DNA of 49,586 nucleotides. Source: Akkermansia muciniphila (GTDB lineage Bacteria; Verrucomicrobiota; Verrucomicrobiia; Limisphaerales; JADLHS01). How positions within the stretch are numbered: position 1 is the first letter of the stretch; the number at the start of each line of letters is the position of its first letter. This document shows positions 17,109 to 26,385 of the stretch, one piece after another. The stretch is taken from contig CAMCWI010000003.1 of the NCBI GenBank assembly GCA_945882065.1, positions 1 to 49,586 on the forward strand. The letters are read 5' to 3'. A program made the position numbers and the translations under genes. The notes under the pieces were generated by a model, which did not search any database, was not told the DNA's origin, and saw nothing but the letters and a program-made list of their open reading frames with translations.

Positions 17109-17240
17109 TCAAGGTGTGGCGCGCTGGACGATCTGCGTGTTCGGATGCGCTGCGCGATAGGATTTCACAGCCCACCCCATCAGCAACATCCCCAGCACGA
17201 GGCAGAGGACGAGTTGTTCCTGTTTGGTCAGCGCGTTCAC
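17109..17240 (-). CDS. 43-aa single-pass membrane protein (not in ORF track)
   Basis: GTG...TGA encoding MNALTKQEQLVLCLVLGMLLMGWAVKSYRAAHPNTQIVQRATP; ends 6 bp before the Minf_1886 gene on the same strand. Confidence 0.6.
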   Translation of the reverse strand: MNALTKQEQLVLCLVLGMLLMGWAVKSYRAAHPNTQIVQRATP

Positions 17241-17345
17241 GATGGAACTTTAGTGGGCGATGCGCCCGACTGCAACAGTGTATGCTCCGATGTATGCTCC
17301 GACGGAATTTCGCTGTCGGCTGGCAGTTTAATTTAGATTTTCATC

Positions 17346-17567
17346 CTACGAATAATTCTCCATCCCCACGCAGGAACAGACCGGGTTGCGGGCGCCGAAG
17401 AAGTTGTCCACGCGGGCGACGGGTGCTTCTCCTTCTCCGCCTTGAGCGGGGAGAGGGCTGGGGAGGTGTCGAAATCTGCCGTAACCCATCCGCCGCTTTG
17501 CCACGTCCTCCGCAGTCGTTCCCTTGAACGCGCGCAGGTCGAGGATGCATTCGTGCGCGACGAGGCC
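17346..17567 (-). pseudogene. gcvP: Displaced, internally deleted copy of the gcvP 3' end
   Basis: [30 protein letters not shown] (17478-17567, matching 26845-26934) and [24 protein letters not shown] (17346-17420, matching 26485-26559). Confidence 0.9.
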
Positions 17568-17634
17568 TCTCCTATCGCAAAGTGTGAACAATTCGTTCTT
17601 CGTCTGAACTGCGGCTTCAGGTAAAAGGAAACCG

Positions 17635-18549
17635 ATGAGCAGCCAACTTCCCGCACCAGCCGGCAGCAACACCTTTGAACGAATCAAACGTGTCAGTGCC
17701 GAAGGCCACGAATTCTGGTCGGCGCGCGATTTGGCCCAGGTGCTGGAATACACCAACTTTCGCAACTTTTTCACCGTCATCGCCAAAGCACGCGAAGCGT
17801 GTGCGAGCAGTGGCCATACGGTTTTCGACCATTTCGTTGAAACCAACGAAATGGTCAATCTTGGATCAGGAGCGCAACGGCCCATCGAAGATTGGAAGCT
17901 CTCTCGCGACGCCTGCTACCTCGTAATTCAGAACGCCGATCCGAGCAAGCCTCTCGTGGCACTTGGGCAAACTTATTTCGCCTTGCAAACGCGGCGTCAG
18001 GAAATGGTGGTCAGGAGTTTGAAGGGGCGCGGCTGTGTCGTCCTCGACCAGCCGCAGCGCTCGGAAAGGAGAAGCGCATGGAGGTTTTCTAACACGCCAC
18101 CCGTTGTCACCCTGCTGCGGCTGGTCTCCAACACAGCCGTATCTCCGTCCGCTGGCCACTCACCTCCACTTCTGGACGCACCCCGGCGTTGTGCAGCCGC
18201 TGGATACGCCATCTTCATGGATCACGGGTATCGCGGGCTTTACGGCGGGCTGGGTATGCGCGACATCCCCGAGCGCAAGCGGCTCAAACCCAGGCAGCAG
18301 GTTCTCGATCACATGGGCAGCACGGAACTAGTGGCCAATCTGTTCCGCGCCACGCAGACCGAGGAAAAGCTGAGGCGCGAAAACGTGCGGAACAAAGATC
18401 ACGCCAACCGGATTCACAACGAAGTGGGCCGCAAAGTCCGCAAGACCATTCACGAACTCGGCGGCACGATGCCGGAGAATCTGCCCGTGGCCGAGAGCAT
18501 CAAGAAAGTCGCGAGCCGGGAGAAGAAGCGGGTTAAAGCTGGTCAATAA
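17635..18549 (+). pseudogene. dinD: DNA damage-inducible protein D, central part replaced by a palindromic element; ORF still open
   Basis: FWSARDL, GSGAQR, IQNADPSK...GQTYFALQTRRQE, GYRGLYGG, LDHMGSTEL.ANLFRATQTEEKL and GGTMPENLP; unrelated sequence at ~18005-18184. Confidence 0.8.
18024..18146. repeat. MITE/REP-like palindromic element (same family as 49439-49544)
   Basis: gcgcggctgtgt...gaccagccgcagc <spacer> gctgcggctggtc...acacagccg nested inverted repeats. Confidence 0.8.
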
Positions 18550-18558
18550 AATAAACCA

Positions 18559-18816
18559 ATGGCTATACATGCACCCAAAGATGAGATGCTCCATGCGGTG
18601 GAACTGGCTCTGGCCTGCAAGTGGGACGCCGCGCATCAACTAGTCCAGCACTACGAAGAGGACCCAACAGCCGCGTGGATTCACGCCGTGTTGCACAAGA
18701 TCGAAGGCGATCTGGGGAACGCCCGATATTGGTATCATCGCGCAAACCGGATGGATCATGTCGCCGACGAACCGCGTGCGGAACTCGCCGCCATTCAAGC
18801 CGAGCTCAATTACTAG
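18559..18816 (+). CDS. Conserved small helical hypothetical protein
   Basis: WDAAHQLVQ...AWIHAVLHKIEGDLGNARYWY pattern of a widespread uncharacterised family; starts 9 bp after dinD. Confidence 0.75.
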   Translation: MAIHAPKDEMLHAVELALACKWDAAHQLVQHYEEDPTAAWIHAVLHKIEGDLGNARYWYHRANRMDHVADEPRAELAAIQAELNY

Positions 18817-18900
18817 GTTTTGCGAATCGGACTGGTTTCAAAGTCGCACGCAGGAGAAACCCCTTGTCCAACCAAGGTAAAGCCGGACCATTCCATCTGA

Positions 18901-20085
18901 TCACGCGGGCGTTTCGGCCAGCGCCAGCTTCTTATCAAACATGACGGTGTCGCTCATCTTGTGCTTGGACGCGGCGACGCGGCCGGCTGTGTATTTGTCC
19001 AACGCTTGCTGCATCTGGGTTTTGTGATTGGCGTAGTGCAACGCGGTTTCCGGAGCGATATCACCTGCGAGCACGGCGTTGATCAGAGATTGTTCGAAGC
19101 TATGCCAACCCCAAGGTGTGACACTGCTTTCGATGATCTCGTGTAGGTTGTGCTTCTCTGATTCCCCGGAGATGATGACTTCACGCGAGCGCATGTTGTT
19201 ACCCATGACTTCCGTGACCAACTGTAGTCCGCCATCCAGCCTTGGAACAAGCCGTTGACTCACCACCCAGCGCAACGCATCCGCCAACCGCTGCCGCATG
19301 AGGGATTCCTCGCCTTTGTCAAACATGCCCAAGACGCGGTTGATCGTCTGGCTTGCGTTGATCGTATGGAGAGACGAGAAAACGAGATGCCCCGTCTCGC
19401 CAGCGGTGATGGCGACCTCCATGGTTTCCCGATCCCGGATTTCGCCGACCATGATCGTGTGAGGTGACTGACGCAATGCCGCCTTGAGGCCCACCGCAGG
19501 ATCGAAGTAATCCTTGCCGTATTCGCGCTGACTGAACGTCGCTTGAATCGGTTCATGCAGATATTCGATGGGGTCTTCGAGGCTGATGACATGGATATCC
19601 TGGTTGAGATTGATTTCGTTCAAGATCGCCGCCAGCGTGGTCGTCTTGCCTGTGCCGGTGGCGCCGGTGATAAAAACCAATCCGGCGTTTTCGTGGATGA
19701 TCTGGTCAAAGACCGGGGGAACTTTGAGATCCTGAAGTTGCGGGATCGTGTTGGAGAGCTTACGCATGACGATCGCGCGATGTCCCCCTCGAGAATAGAT
19801 ATTGACCCGGAATCGCGCTACACCCGGCACGGAATAACTGCAATCGCACGAGCCGTTCTTGCGGTAGTTTTCCGCGACCAACTCATTGCCATCAATCAGG
19901 ACGTCAGACAATTGCGCCGTCATCTCGGTGGTGACGGGTTCAGCGATCAAATCACTGGTGTATGAACGCAATTTCCCATAACAGGACATCTGCGGCACCC
20001 GGCCGGGAATAAACAACAAGTCGGAAATGCCATTTTCACACAGGATCATGGCTATCAGCAGATCATTGAAACGCTTTTTATTCAT
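18901..20085 (-). CDS. pilT: PilT/PilU family type IV pilus retraction ATPase
   Basis: RFRVNIY, Walker A GATGTGKTT, LEDPIEYLH, ALRQSP..IMVGEIRD, ETGHLVFSSLHT and VVSQRLVP. Confidence 0.9.
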   Translation of the reverse strand: MNKKRFNDLLIAMILCENGISDLLFIPGRVPQMSCYGKLRSYTSDLIAEPVTTEMTAQLSDVLIDGNELVAENYRKNGSCDCSYSVPGVARFRVNIYSRGGHRAIVMRKLSNTIPQLQDLKVPPVFDQIIHENAGLVFITGATGTGKTTTLAAILNEINLNQDIHVISLEDPIEYLHEPIQATFSQREYGKDYFDPAVGLKAALRQSPHTIMVGEIRDRETMEVAITAGETGHLVFSSLHTINASQTINRVLGMFDKGEESLMRQRLADALRWVVSQRLVPRLDGGLQLVTEVMGNNMRSREVIISGESEKHNLHEIIESSVTPWGWHSFEQSLINAVLAGDIAPETALHYANHKTQMQQALDKYTAGRVAASKHKMSDTVMFDKKLALAETPA

Positions 20086-20244
20086 AAAAACATCTATCGG
20101 GGGGCCATTTAGCAATTTCCGTGACATTACAGAGCCGGTGTTTGAGTTGGCGGTTACCCATTCAAGACACGGGAAACTCTGGCGTTATGATACGAAGAGG
20201 CACAGAGGTGAACTGTGAAACAAACGAACGGTGCGCCGGCTATG

Positions 20245-20347
20245 CGCCCTCTCCTCATTCGGCGAGGAAAGGGCAGGGGGGAGGAGTCGTGTGCCTTTGG
20301 AATTAAAGCCCCTCACGTCGTTCGTCTCCCCGTTTTAGCGGGGAGAA
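20245..20347. repeat. REP-like hairpin cluster (ctctcccc..ggggagag family)
   Basis: ccctctcctc..gaggaaaggg and tctccccg..cggggaga hairpins; resembles the filler at 17421-17477. Confidence 0.5.
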
Positions 20348-20408
20348 GCGCGCAAGCATTTGGTTCTTCACAGAAGTTCTCTGTTCCCCTAAAGTCTTGA
20401 CTAGAATC

Positions 20409-22694
20409 ATGAAGTCAAAGGAATCTCCGAACGAGCCGGGCCGTCTCGCCGCGCTCGATCGCTATGCGGTGCTGGACACGCCGGCGGAAGTAGAGTTTGA
20501 TGATTTTACGAAGCTCGCCTCGCAGATTTGCCAGACGCCCATCGCGCTGATTTCGCTGCTGGATGAGCGGCGGCAGTGGTTCAAGAGCAAGGTGGGCCTC
20601 GAGGTCGCTGAGACGCCCCGGAATCTCTCCTTTTGCCAGCACACCATCCAGGGGTCGGAGCTGCTCGAAATCCCCGATGCCCGGCAGGACGAACGTTTTC
20701 GCGACAATCCGCTAGTGACCGGGGAGCCCCGCATCCGCTTCTACGCAGGGGCGCTCCTCACCACCCCGGACGGCTATAACCTCGGAACGCTCTGCGTCAT
20801 TGATCGCGTGCCTCGCGATCTCACAACCGAACAGCGAGACGGGCTCAATCGACTGGCCCGTCAGGTGATGACGCAACTGGAATTGCGGCGGTCCCGAGAG
20901 GAATTCCGTCAGGAGTTGGCGGCGCGGCAGGCGGCGGAGGGACGACTGCGGCGTGCCAGCGACTTACTCTCGGCTGTGGGCCAGCTGCAAGCGGGTTATA
21001 TCAACAAGGTCAAGATAGACTCGGCGGAAACTTTCGACGCCCTTCTGAAGCTGATATTGAGCTTTACGAACAGTGAATACGGTTTTGTGGCTGAAGTGCT
21101 GCGTGATGGCCAAGGCCGACCCTACCTCAAGACCCATGCGATTACGAACATCGCCTGGAACGAGGAGATGCGGGCTTTTTACGAAAAGCACAAAGCCGCG
21201 GGCTTGGAATTCCATAACCTCAAGACCCTGTTCGGCGCCGCCCTCACTACGGGTGAAACGGTCATCGCCAACGCGCCGGACACCGACCCCCGCGGGGGAG
21301 GTCTGCCGCCGGGCCATCCGCCGATGAACTCTTTTCTCGGGGTGCCCATCAAGCACGGCGGCGAACTGATCGCCATGGTGGGCGTGTCCAACCGGCCGGG
21401 CGGCTACGATGAGACGCTGGTCGAGGAAATCGACCCGCTCCTGTCCACCTATTCCACCATCATCAGGGGCTTCCAGTTAGCGAAGCAGCAACGCGCCGAC
21501 CAGCAGCGGATTTTGGCGTTGAATGAGGACTTGGAAGCCCGCGCCGGCGAACTGGCGAAGGCGCAGCAAGAGAAAGACCGCGCGGAGCGCGAGCGTTTGG
21601 AAGCCCTGCAGGAGCATTCGGCCGGTCTGGAGCGGCGGGTCGCCGAACGCACGGTAGAACTGGAGCGAACCCGCCGGCAGTTTGAGGACCTGTTTGAGTT
21701 CGCGCCGGACGCGTTGGTGATGATGGATCAGGCGGGGAGAATCAAACTGATCAACTCTCAGGCCGAGCAGCTGTTCGGTTGGACCCGTGCGGAATTAGTG
21801 GGCCAGGCGGTGGATATCTTGATGCCGAGCCCTCTGCGGGCCGGTTATCTCACCCAGCGCAACCGTTTTCTCCAGGCGGCCAAGGCCCGACCGATGGGGT
21901 CGGGTAAAACCAATCTGCTGGGCCTGCGCAAGGATGGGACGGAATTCTCCGTGGAAATCAGCCTCAGCCCGGTGCAAACGGCGGAAGGCACGCTGGTGGC
22001 CGCCGCCGTGCGAGACATCTCCGAACGCAAGCAATTGGAGCAGGAGTTGGCGCGCCTCAGTTCCCATGAGCAGGAACGCCTCGCCTATGAGTTGCACGAC
22101 CATTTTGGTGCGTATCTGGCCGGCATCGCATTCCGCATCAAAACGCTGTCGGAAGACTTGGGACGGCGCGCCATGCCCGAGGCGGTCATGGCCCAGCAGT
22201 TAGTCCTGCAAGTCAATGCCGGCATTGACCAGGTCCGGAATTTTGCCCGGCTGCTCGTCCCGGTGAATCTGGCCGCGGGGGGGCTCGCGGCGGGATTGTC
22301 CCAGATGGGGAAAGAGATGGAGACGGTTTTTAACATTGTTTGCCGGGTGACAGTGTCGCCGGAGCTGCCGCCGCTGACCCAGGATCAAAGCCTGCAACTT
22401 TACCGCATCGCCCAGGAAGCCGCGCGCAACGCGATCCAGCACGGCAAGGCCCGACAGATCACGCTCTCCATCCGGTGCGACACGGAGAGCCTGATTCAAA
22501 CGGTTACGAACGATGGCAAAACCTGGAATATTGAACATGTTTCCTCTGTGGGACTGGGGCTGCGCATCATGCGGCATCGCGCGGCCACCCTCGGTGGCAC
22601 GCTGACCCTCAAATCCAATCCCGCCGGCCATACGGAGGCCATCTGCCGGGTGCCGCTCGCGACGATCACCCAAAGGGAAAACTCTAGCGCATGA
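20409..22694 (+). CDS. Soluble GAF-GAF-PAS sensor histidine kinase (HisKA_3 type)
   Basis: GAF (ALISLLD.RQWFKS...IRFYAGA), second GAF ([13 protein letters not shown]), PAS (APDALVM...RKDG.EF.VEISLSP), H-box [15 protein letters not shown] and GLGL; no TM segment seen. Confidence 0.92.
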   Translation: MKSKESPNEPGRLAALDRYAVLDTPAEVEFDDFTKLASQICQTPIALISLLDERRQWFKSKVGLEVAETPRNLSFCQHTIQGSELLEIPDARQDERFRDNPLVTGEPRIRFYAGALLTTPDGYNLGTLCVIDRVPRDLTTEQRDGLNRLARQVMTQLELRRSREEFRQELAARQAAEGRLRRASDLLSAVGQLQAGYINKVKIDSAETFDALLKLILSFTNSEYGFVAEVLRDGQGRPYLKTHAITNIAWNEEMRAFYEKHKAAGLEFHNLKTLFGAALTTGETVIANAPDTDPRGGGLPPGHPPMNSFLGVPIKHGGELIAMVGVSNRPGGYDETLVEEIDPLLSTYSTIIRGFQLAKQQRADQQRILALNEDLEARAGELAKAQQEKDRAERERLEALQEHSAGLERRVAERTVELERTRRQFEDLFEFAPDALVMMDQAGRIKLINSQAEQLFGWTRAELVGQAVDILMPSPLRAGYLTQRNRFLQAAKARPMGSGKTNLLGLRKDGTEFSVEISLSPVQTAEGTLVAAAVRDISERKQLEQELARLSSHEQERLAYELHDHFGAYLAGIAFRIKTLSEDLGRRAMPEAVMAQQLVLQVNAGIDQVRNFARLLVPVNLAAGGLAAGLSQMGKEMETVFNIVCRVTVSPELPPLTQDQSLQLYRIAQEAARNAIQHGKARQITLSIRCDTESLIQTVTNDGKTWNIEHVSSVGLGLRIMRHRAATLGGTLTLKSNPAGHTEAICRVPLATITQRENSSA

Positions 22695-23341
22695 AAAAAC
22701 TCCGCATTTTGATCGTGGATGACCACCCGTTTTTTCGGAGCGGTCTGGTGCAATGGTTGAATCACCAGGAGCGGGTGACCAGCTGCGGGGAGGCTGGCTC
22801 GGCGGCAGAGGCCCGGAGTGCCGTGGCTGAATTGCAGCCCGACGTTGTTCTCATGGACCTGCGATTGGGGGATGGCGACGGCTTGAATCTGATCCGGGAG
22901 CTGTCGTCCGAATATCCGCAGATGCGATTTTTAGCGCTGTCCCAGTTTGATGAAGACTTATACGCCCACCGCGCCATGCAGGCTGGCGCCCGGGGTTACC
23001 TGATGAAATCCGAGGCCACCGAAACGGTTCTGGGGGCAATTGAAACGGTGGTACAAGGGGGCATTCATCTCAGCCCGCAGATGGCGGCCAAGCTGCTCCA
23101 AAACATCTTCCCGGATCCGTGCTCCAAAACGGTAAATCTGGCCAAGTTATCCGACCGGGAATTTCAGGTGTTTCAACTGTTGGGCTGCGGCCGGAGCACA
23201 CTCCAGATCTCGGGGCATTTGAAGCTCAGCCCCAAGACGGTTGAGACCTATCGTGAGCATCTCAAAAAAAAGCTGAATCTGCCGGATGGACCGGCGTTGT
23301 TACGTGCCGCGACGATTTGGACAGAATCCGGCACATTGTAG
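22691..23341 (+). CDS. NarL/FixJ family response regulator
   Basis: [20 protein letters not shown] and Lux[13 protein letters not shown]...SPKTVETYR; ATGA overlap with the kinase. Confidence 0.95.
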   Translation: MKKLRILIVDDHPFFRSGLVQWLNHQERVTSCGEAGSAAEARSAVAELQPDVVLMDLRLGDGDGLNLIRELSSEYPQMRFLALSQFDEDLYAHRAMQAGARGYLMKSEATETVLGAIETVVQGGIHLSPQMAAKLLQNIFPDPCSKTVNLAKLSDREFQVFQLLGCGRSTLQISGHLKLSPKTVETYREHLKKKLNLPDGPALLRAATIWTESGTL

Positions 23342-23470
23342 AGTAGCCAACCCACTGCCCGTACCGCGCCCGATGGCGGCATTGAGCCCGGCTGGGCTTG
23401 CCGCAAAAAAATCCTCCGGCCCGAGATCCCTGCCTGTGTGCCATCGTGTTCCGCCCCTGTGGCAGCCGGT

Positions 23471-23510
23471 GTAAGGGTAACCTTTACTCCGAATAGTGGT
23501 GTTCACCTGA
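23471..23510 (+). promoter_or_regulatory. Putative response-regulator binding sites upstream of the PAS protein gene
   Basis: Near-perfect 17-bp palindrome gtaagggtaacctttac (7 of 8 pairs) followed by a weaker one, tagtggtgttcacctga. Confidence 0.35.
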
Positions 23511-23717
23511 TGGCGCGCCGTGCCCCTCTCTGCAACTATAAGCCTCGGTAAATAACGGCGTATGAACCATGATCTATAATTTCACTCTGTACCCTTTGAC
23601 CACCCTGCTGGGTACGCCACCTCTCGTCACGGCGCTCTGCCCGGCAAGCGCTTTGTGCGTGAGAATGTTTCCGCGTGTGGCTTTTATTTTCTGCTCTCTC
23701 TTATGTCTATCCCTGTC

Positions 23718-24749
23718 ATGAAACCTCGCTTATCTCTTATTCTGCTCGGCTTTTTGCTGGCGGCTGCTCCCCTAGGTCGCGCCCAGAGTCTGCTGACCAC
23801 GTTGCCCGTTTTCACCAACGCTTGGGATCTGGCTCATATCCGCGTTTTGGACAAGGACACCAACAGCCTGATTGTTAATGCCAATCAATTGTATCTGGAA
23901 AATCTGCAGGGCGGCGGCCTTGCATGGGTCACCAACTTGGAGAGCATTTTGGGCAAGACGGTCTATGACTTTTACGCGGTCGCCAAGGCTGATGCCTTGC
24001 ATGCCGAGGAGCAGCAATGCCTCGCCACCGGCTTGACCATAGATAAGCTTATCCAACTCTCCCCGTTCGGGACTCCGGCCTCCTGGCAGCATATGAATTT
24101 GAGCCTGCTGAAGGATGATCAGGGCAGGCCTTATGGCTTTCGTTGGCAGTTTTACCCCGTCCCCGCCCCCGGCCAGACCCACATCCCGGACGCCACCAAT
24201 GTGTGGCAGGCCACCCAGCTGTTCATCAGCGACAAAGATACGAACAGTATCATCATCAATGCGAACAGCAATTACATCGCCTCATTGCAGGGTAAATTCC
24301 CCGAGATCCAATCCGTGACCAACCTGATCGGCCGTGACGACTATTATTTCTACCCGACGGCGGATGCGGATAAATTCCGTGCAGACGACCATCAGGTCAT
24401 GACCACGGGGATCGGCTACCATGCCGTGGAAGCCAACCAGCAGATCGGCGGGCCGGTGACCTATCTCGACGTCACCAAGACGCCGCTGCGGGACGCGCAG
24501 GGGAACGTGTTTGGGGTGCATCTCGAATTCTTCGCCCTGCCGCAACTCAGCTTGCAGCGGGTCGCCAGCGGGGGCGCGGAGCTTTTCTGGCCTGCCGAAC
24601 AAAGCGTTTACCGTGTCCAAGAGTCCGCCTCCGTCAGCGGACCGTGGACGAACTCTATGGCCACGCCCGTCATTTCTGGCGGACAGTTCCGGGCGGCGGT
24701 AACCCCAGCGGGGGGTAACCGGTTTTATCGGTTGATAAAAAATCCGTGA
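23718..24749 (+). CDS. Signal-peptide-bearing tandem PAS (PAS_4-like) protein with C-terminal FYRL domain
   Basis: MKPRLSLILLGFLLAAAPLGRA/Q signal; two homologous repeats (DKDTNS.I.NAN ... IG(K/R)..YDF/YYF ... TPLRD..G.V.GV); ~70-aa tail ending NRFYRLIKNP. Confidence 0.8.
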   Translation: MKPRLSLILLGFLLAAAPLGRAQSLLTTLPVFTNAWDLAHIRVLDKDTNSLIVNANQLYLENLQGGGLAWVTNLESILGKTVYDFYAVAKADALHAEEQQCLATGLTIDKLIQLSPFGTPASWQHMNLSLLKDDQGRPYGFRWQFYPVPAPGQTHIPDATNVWQATQLFISDKDTNSIIINANSNYIASLQGKFPEIQSVTNLIGRDDYYFYPTADADKFRADDHQVMTTGIGYHAVEANQQIGGPVTYLDVTKTPLRDAQGNVFGVHLEFFALPQLSLQRVASGGAELFWPAEQSVYRVQESASVSGPWTNSMATPVISGGQFRAAVTPAGGNRFYRLIKNP

Positions 24750-25010
24750 GAGCCGACCCGAAACACATTTTGAATCGACCATAAAAGTGAAGAACAAACT
24801 GACTCAGATCTTCGGCTGGGTGTTTCCGGTGGTGTTCTTCATCTCCCTTGGCAAGTCTCTCCGCGCAGGTCAATTTGCTGCGGCACGCCGCCGGGCCGTC
24901 AAAACACTAATTTCCTATTAGCACCGGCCGCGTTGCCGTTAGCCGCCCCATTTTTGGGGTGGGAGCATTTGTCGCTGACGGCAAGGACGAACGGCGAGCA
25001 CCCCGCCAAG

Positions 25011-25099
25011 CGCCACTCGCCCGTGCCCACAATGAAATCGCCCAAGTAACGCAGCCGGAGCGGGTGCGCGCCGCACGGGCCAAGGTTTTAACCGTGGAT
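25011..25099 (+). repeat. 89-bp direct repeat, copy 1
   Basis: 87 of 89 positions identical to 26241-26329; internal inverted pair gcccgtgc/gcacgggc. Confidence 0.92.
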
Positions 25100-25182
25100 G
25101 ATTCCGATTCAGCCAGTTCGCCGGGCAAAACACGGTTGCTACAACCTAACGAGTGCTTTACCTTCGGGCCAACAGGTTCGAT

Positions 25183-25404
25183 ATGTCAGACCAAGATATT
25201 CAAAAGCTAGAAAGCCAGTTTCCGGCAATTTCCAGCTCGGCTTTCGCTACCGCGCGTGAACGGGTTTTGAAGTCGGGGCAAAGTGTCTTGCAGTCCGAGA
25301 ACGGCGTTATCTATGAGGTTTTCCCCGATGGCCGGCGCGTGGAAGTGAAACGGATCGATCCGCCCACTCAATTCAAAACCGGGAGCATCTTCACGATCAA
25401 GTGA
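25183..25404 (+). CDS. Putative antitoxin partner of the zeta-like ATPase
   Basis: 73 aa; stop overlaps the GTG of the downstream gene; GQSVL..ENG.IYEVFPDG resembles small genes that accompany COG4185 proteins. Confidence 0.65.
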   Translation: MSDQDIQKLESQFPAISSSAFATARERVLKSGQSVLQSENGVIYEVFPDGRRVEVKRIDPPTQFKTGSIFTIK

Positions 25405-26147
25405 GCGCGGCGATTCCACGGCTGCGCATGTTCGCCGGGCCTAATGGTTCAGGCAAAAGCACCTTAAAAACCTATCTACCCGCATCGTTGCTGGGCGTTT
25501 ACCTGAACCCCGATGAGATCGAACAGGAAATCCGGCAGCAGGGCCTGCTTGATTTTGCTGCGTATGGCGTGAGCACGACTGGCGACGATGTAATCCCATT
25601 TTTCAGCACTTCTGAATTTCTAAAGCAAGCCGGTCTTTCGGATGTCGCCAACCGACTTACCTTTGCCGACGGGCGATTGGATTTTTCACAGGTGGAAGTG
25701 AATTCGTATCTGGCCTCGGTCACCAGCGATTTACTTCGGCAGAAACTTCTCGCTCAGAAACTCTCAGTCACATTTGAAACCGTCATGTCGCATCCCAGCA
25801 AGGTGGACATTCTCATTCAAGCACAGGCGGCGGGCTTTCGGACCTATCTCTATTTCGTGGCCACCGACGACTCCGCCATCAACATTTCGCGCGTGCGCAA
25901 CCGGGTGGCACTGAAAGGGCATAATGTGCCAGAAGATAAGATCGTGACTCGCTACCACCGCTCACTGAATTTGTTGGTTAACGCCATCCGATATACTAAC
26001 CGGGCTTACATCTTCGACAATTCCGGGGACAGCAAAGACGGCAAGCAAACCTGGCTGGCGGAAATCACCGAGGGAAAACAGTTGGAATTGAAGACCGACA
26101 AAATCCCTGCGTGGTTCAAGCGGTCAGTGCTGGATAAAATCTGCTAG
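25401..26147 (+). CDS. Zeta-toxin-like P-loop ATPase/kinase (COG4185 type)
   Basis: MFAGPNGSGKST, LNPDEI, FETVMSH, RVRNRV..GHNVPEDKI..RY.RS and IFDNS. Confidence 0.85.
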   Translation: MSAAIPRLRMFAGPNGSGKSTLKTYLPASLLGVYLNPDEIEQEIRQQGLLDFAAYGVSTTGDDVIPFFSTSEFLKQAGLSDVANRLTFADGRLDFSQVEVNSYLASVTSDLLRQKLLAQKLSVTFETVMSHPSKVDILIQAQAAGFRTYLYFVATDDSAINISRVRNRVALKGHNVPEDKIVTRYHRSLNLLVNAIRYTNRAYIFDNSGDSKDGKQTWLAEITEGKQLELKTDKIPAWFKRSVLDKIC

Positions 26148-26240
26148 CCACTCCGCCCCACCTCGGCTTCTAAGCATTCCAACACCTCGCGCATGAACTT
26201 GGAGTGGATTTTGCCAAGCGGCAACAGCCAGCCCAGCAAC

Positions 26241-26329
26241 CGCCACTCGCCCGTGCCCACAATGAAATCGCCCAAGTAACGCAGCCGGAGCGCGTGCGCG
26301 CCGCACGGGCGAAGGTTTTAACCGTGGAT
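26241..26329 (+). repeat. 89-bp direct repeat, copy 2
   Basis: Offset 1230 bp from copy 1; internal 10-bp perfect inverted pair tcgcccgtgc/gcacgggcga. Confidence 0.92.
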
Positions 26330-26385
26330 CAGAAGCGCTGAACGCGGATTCCATTCAACGCGAAGTCGTGTCTCTGTCTCCAGCG

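Noticed and set aside
17346-17885. 179-aa minus-strand ORF as a real gene
   Set aside because: It is a chimera of antisense dinD sequence and the gcvP remnant; annotated as a pseudogene fragment instead.
25011-25099. 89-bp repeat as a dif/pdif site, CRISPR repeat or known riboswitch
   Set aside because: Only weak resemblance to a XerD arm and no XerC arm; only two copies 1230 bp apart; no riboswitch consensus recognised by eye, although an Rfam scan is still needed.
24938-25150. Integron attC site (gttagcc at 24938, acctaac at 25144)
   Set aside because: The boxes are in the wrong order for one attC, no L-box pairing was seen and there is no intI; short matches are expected by chance.
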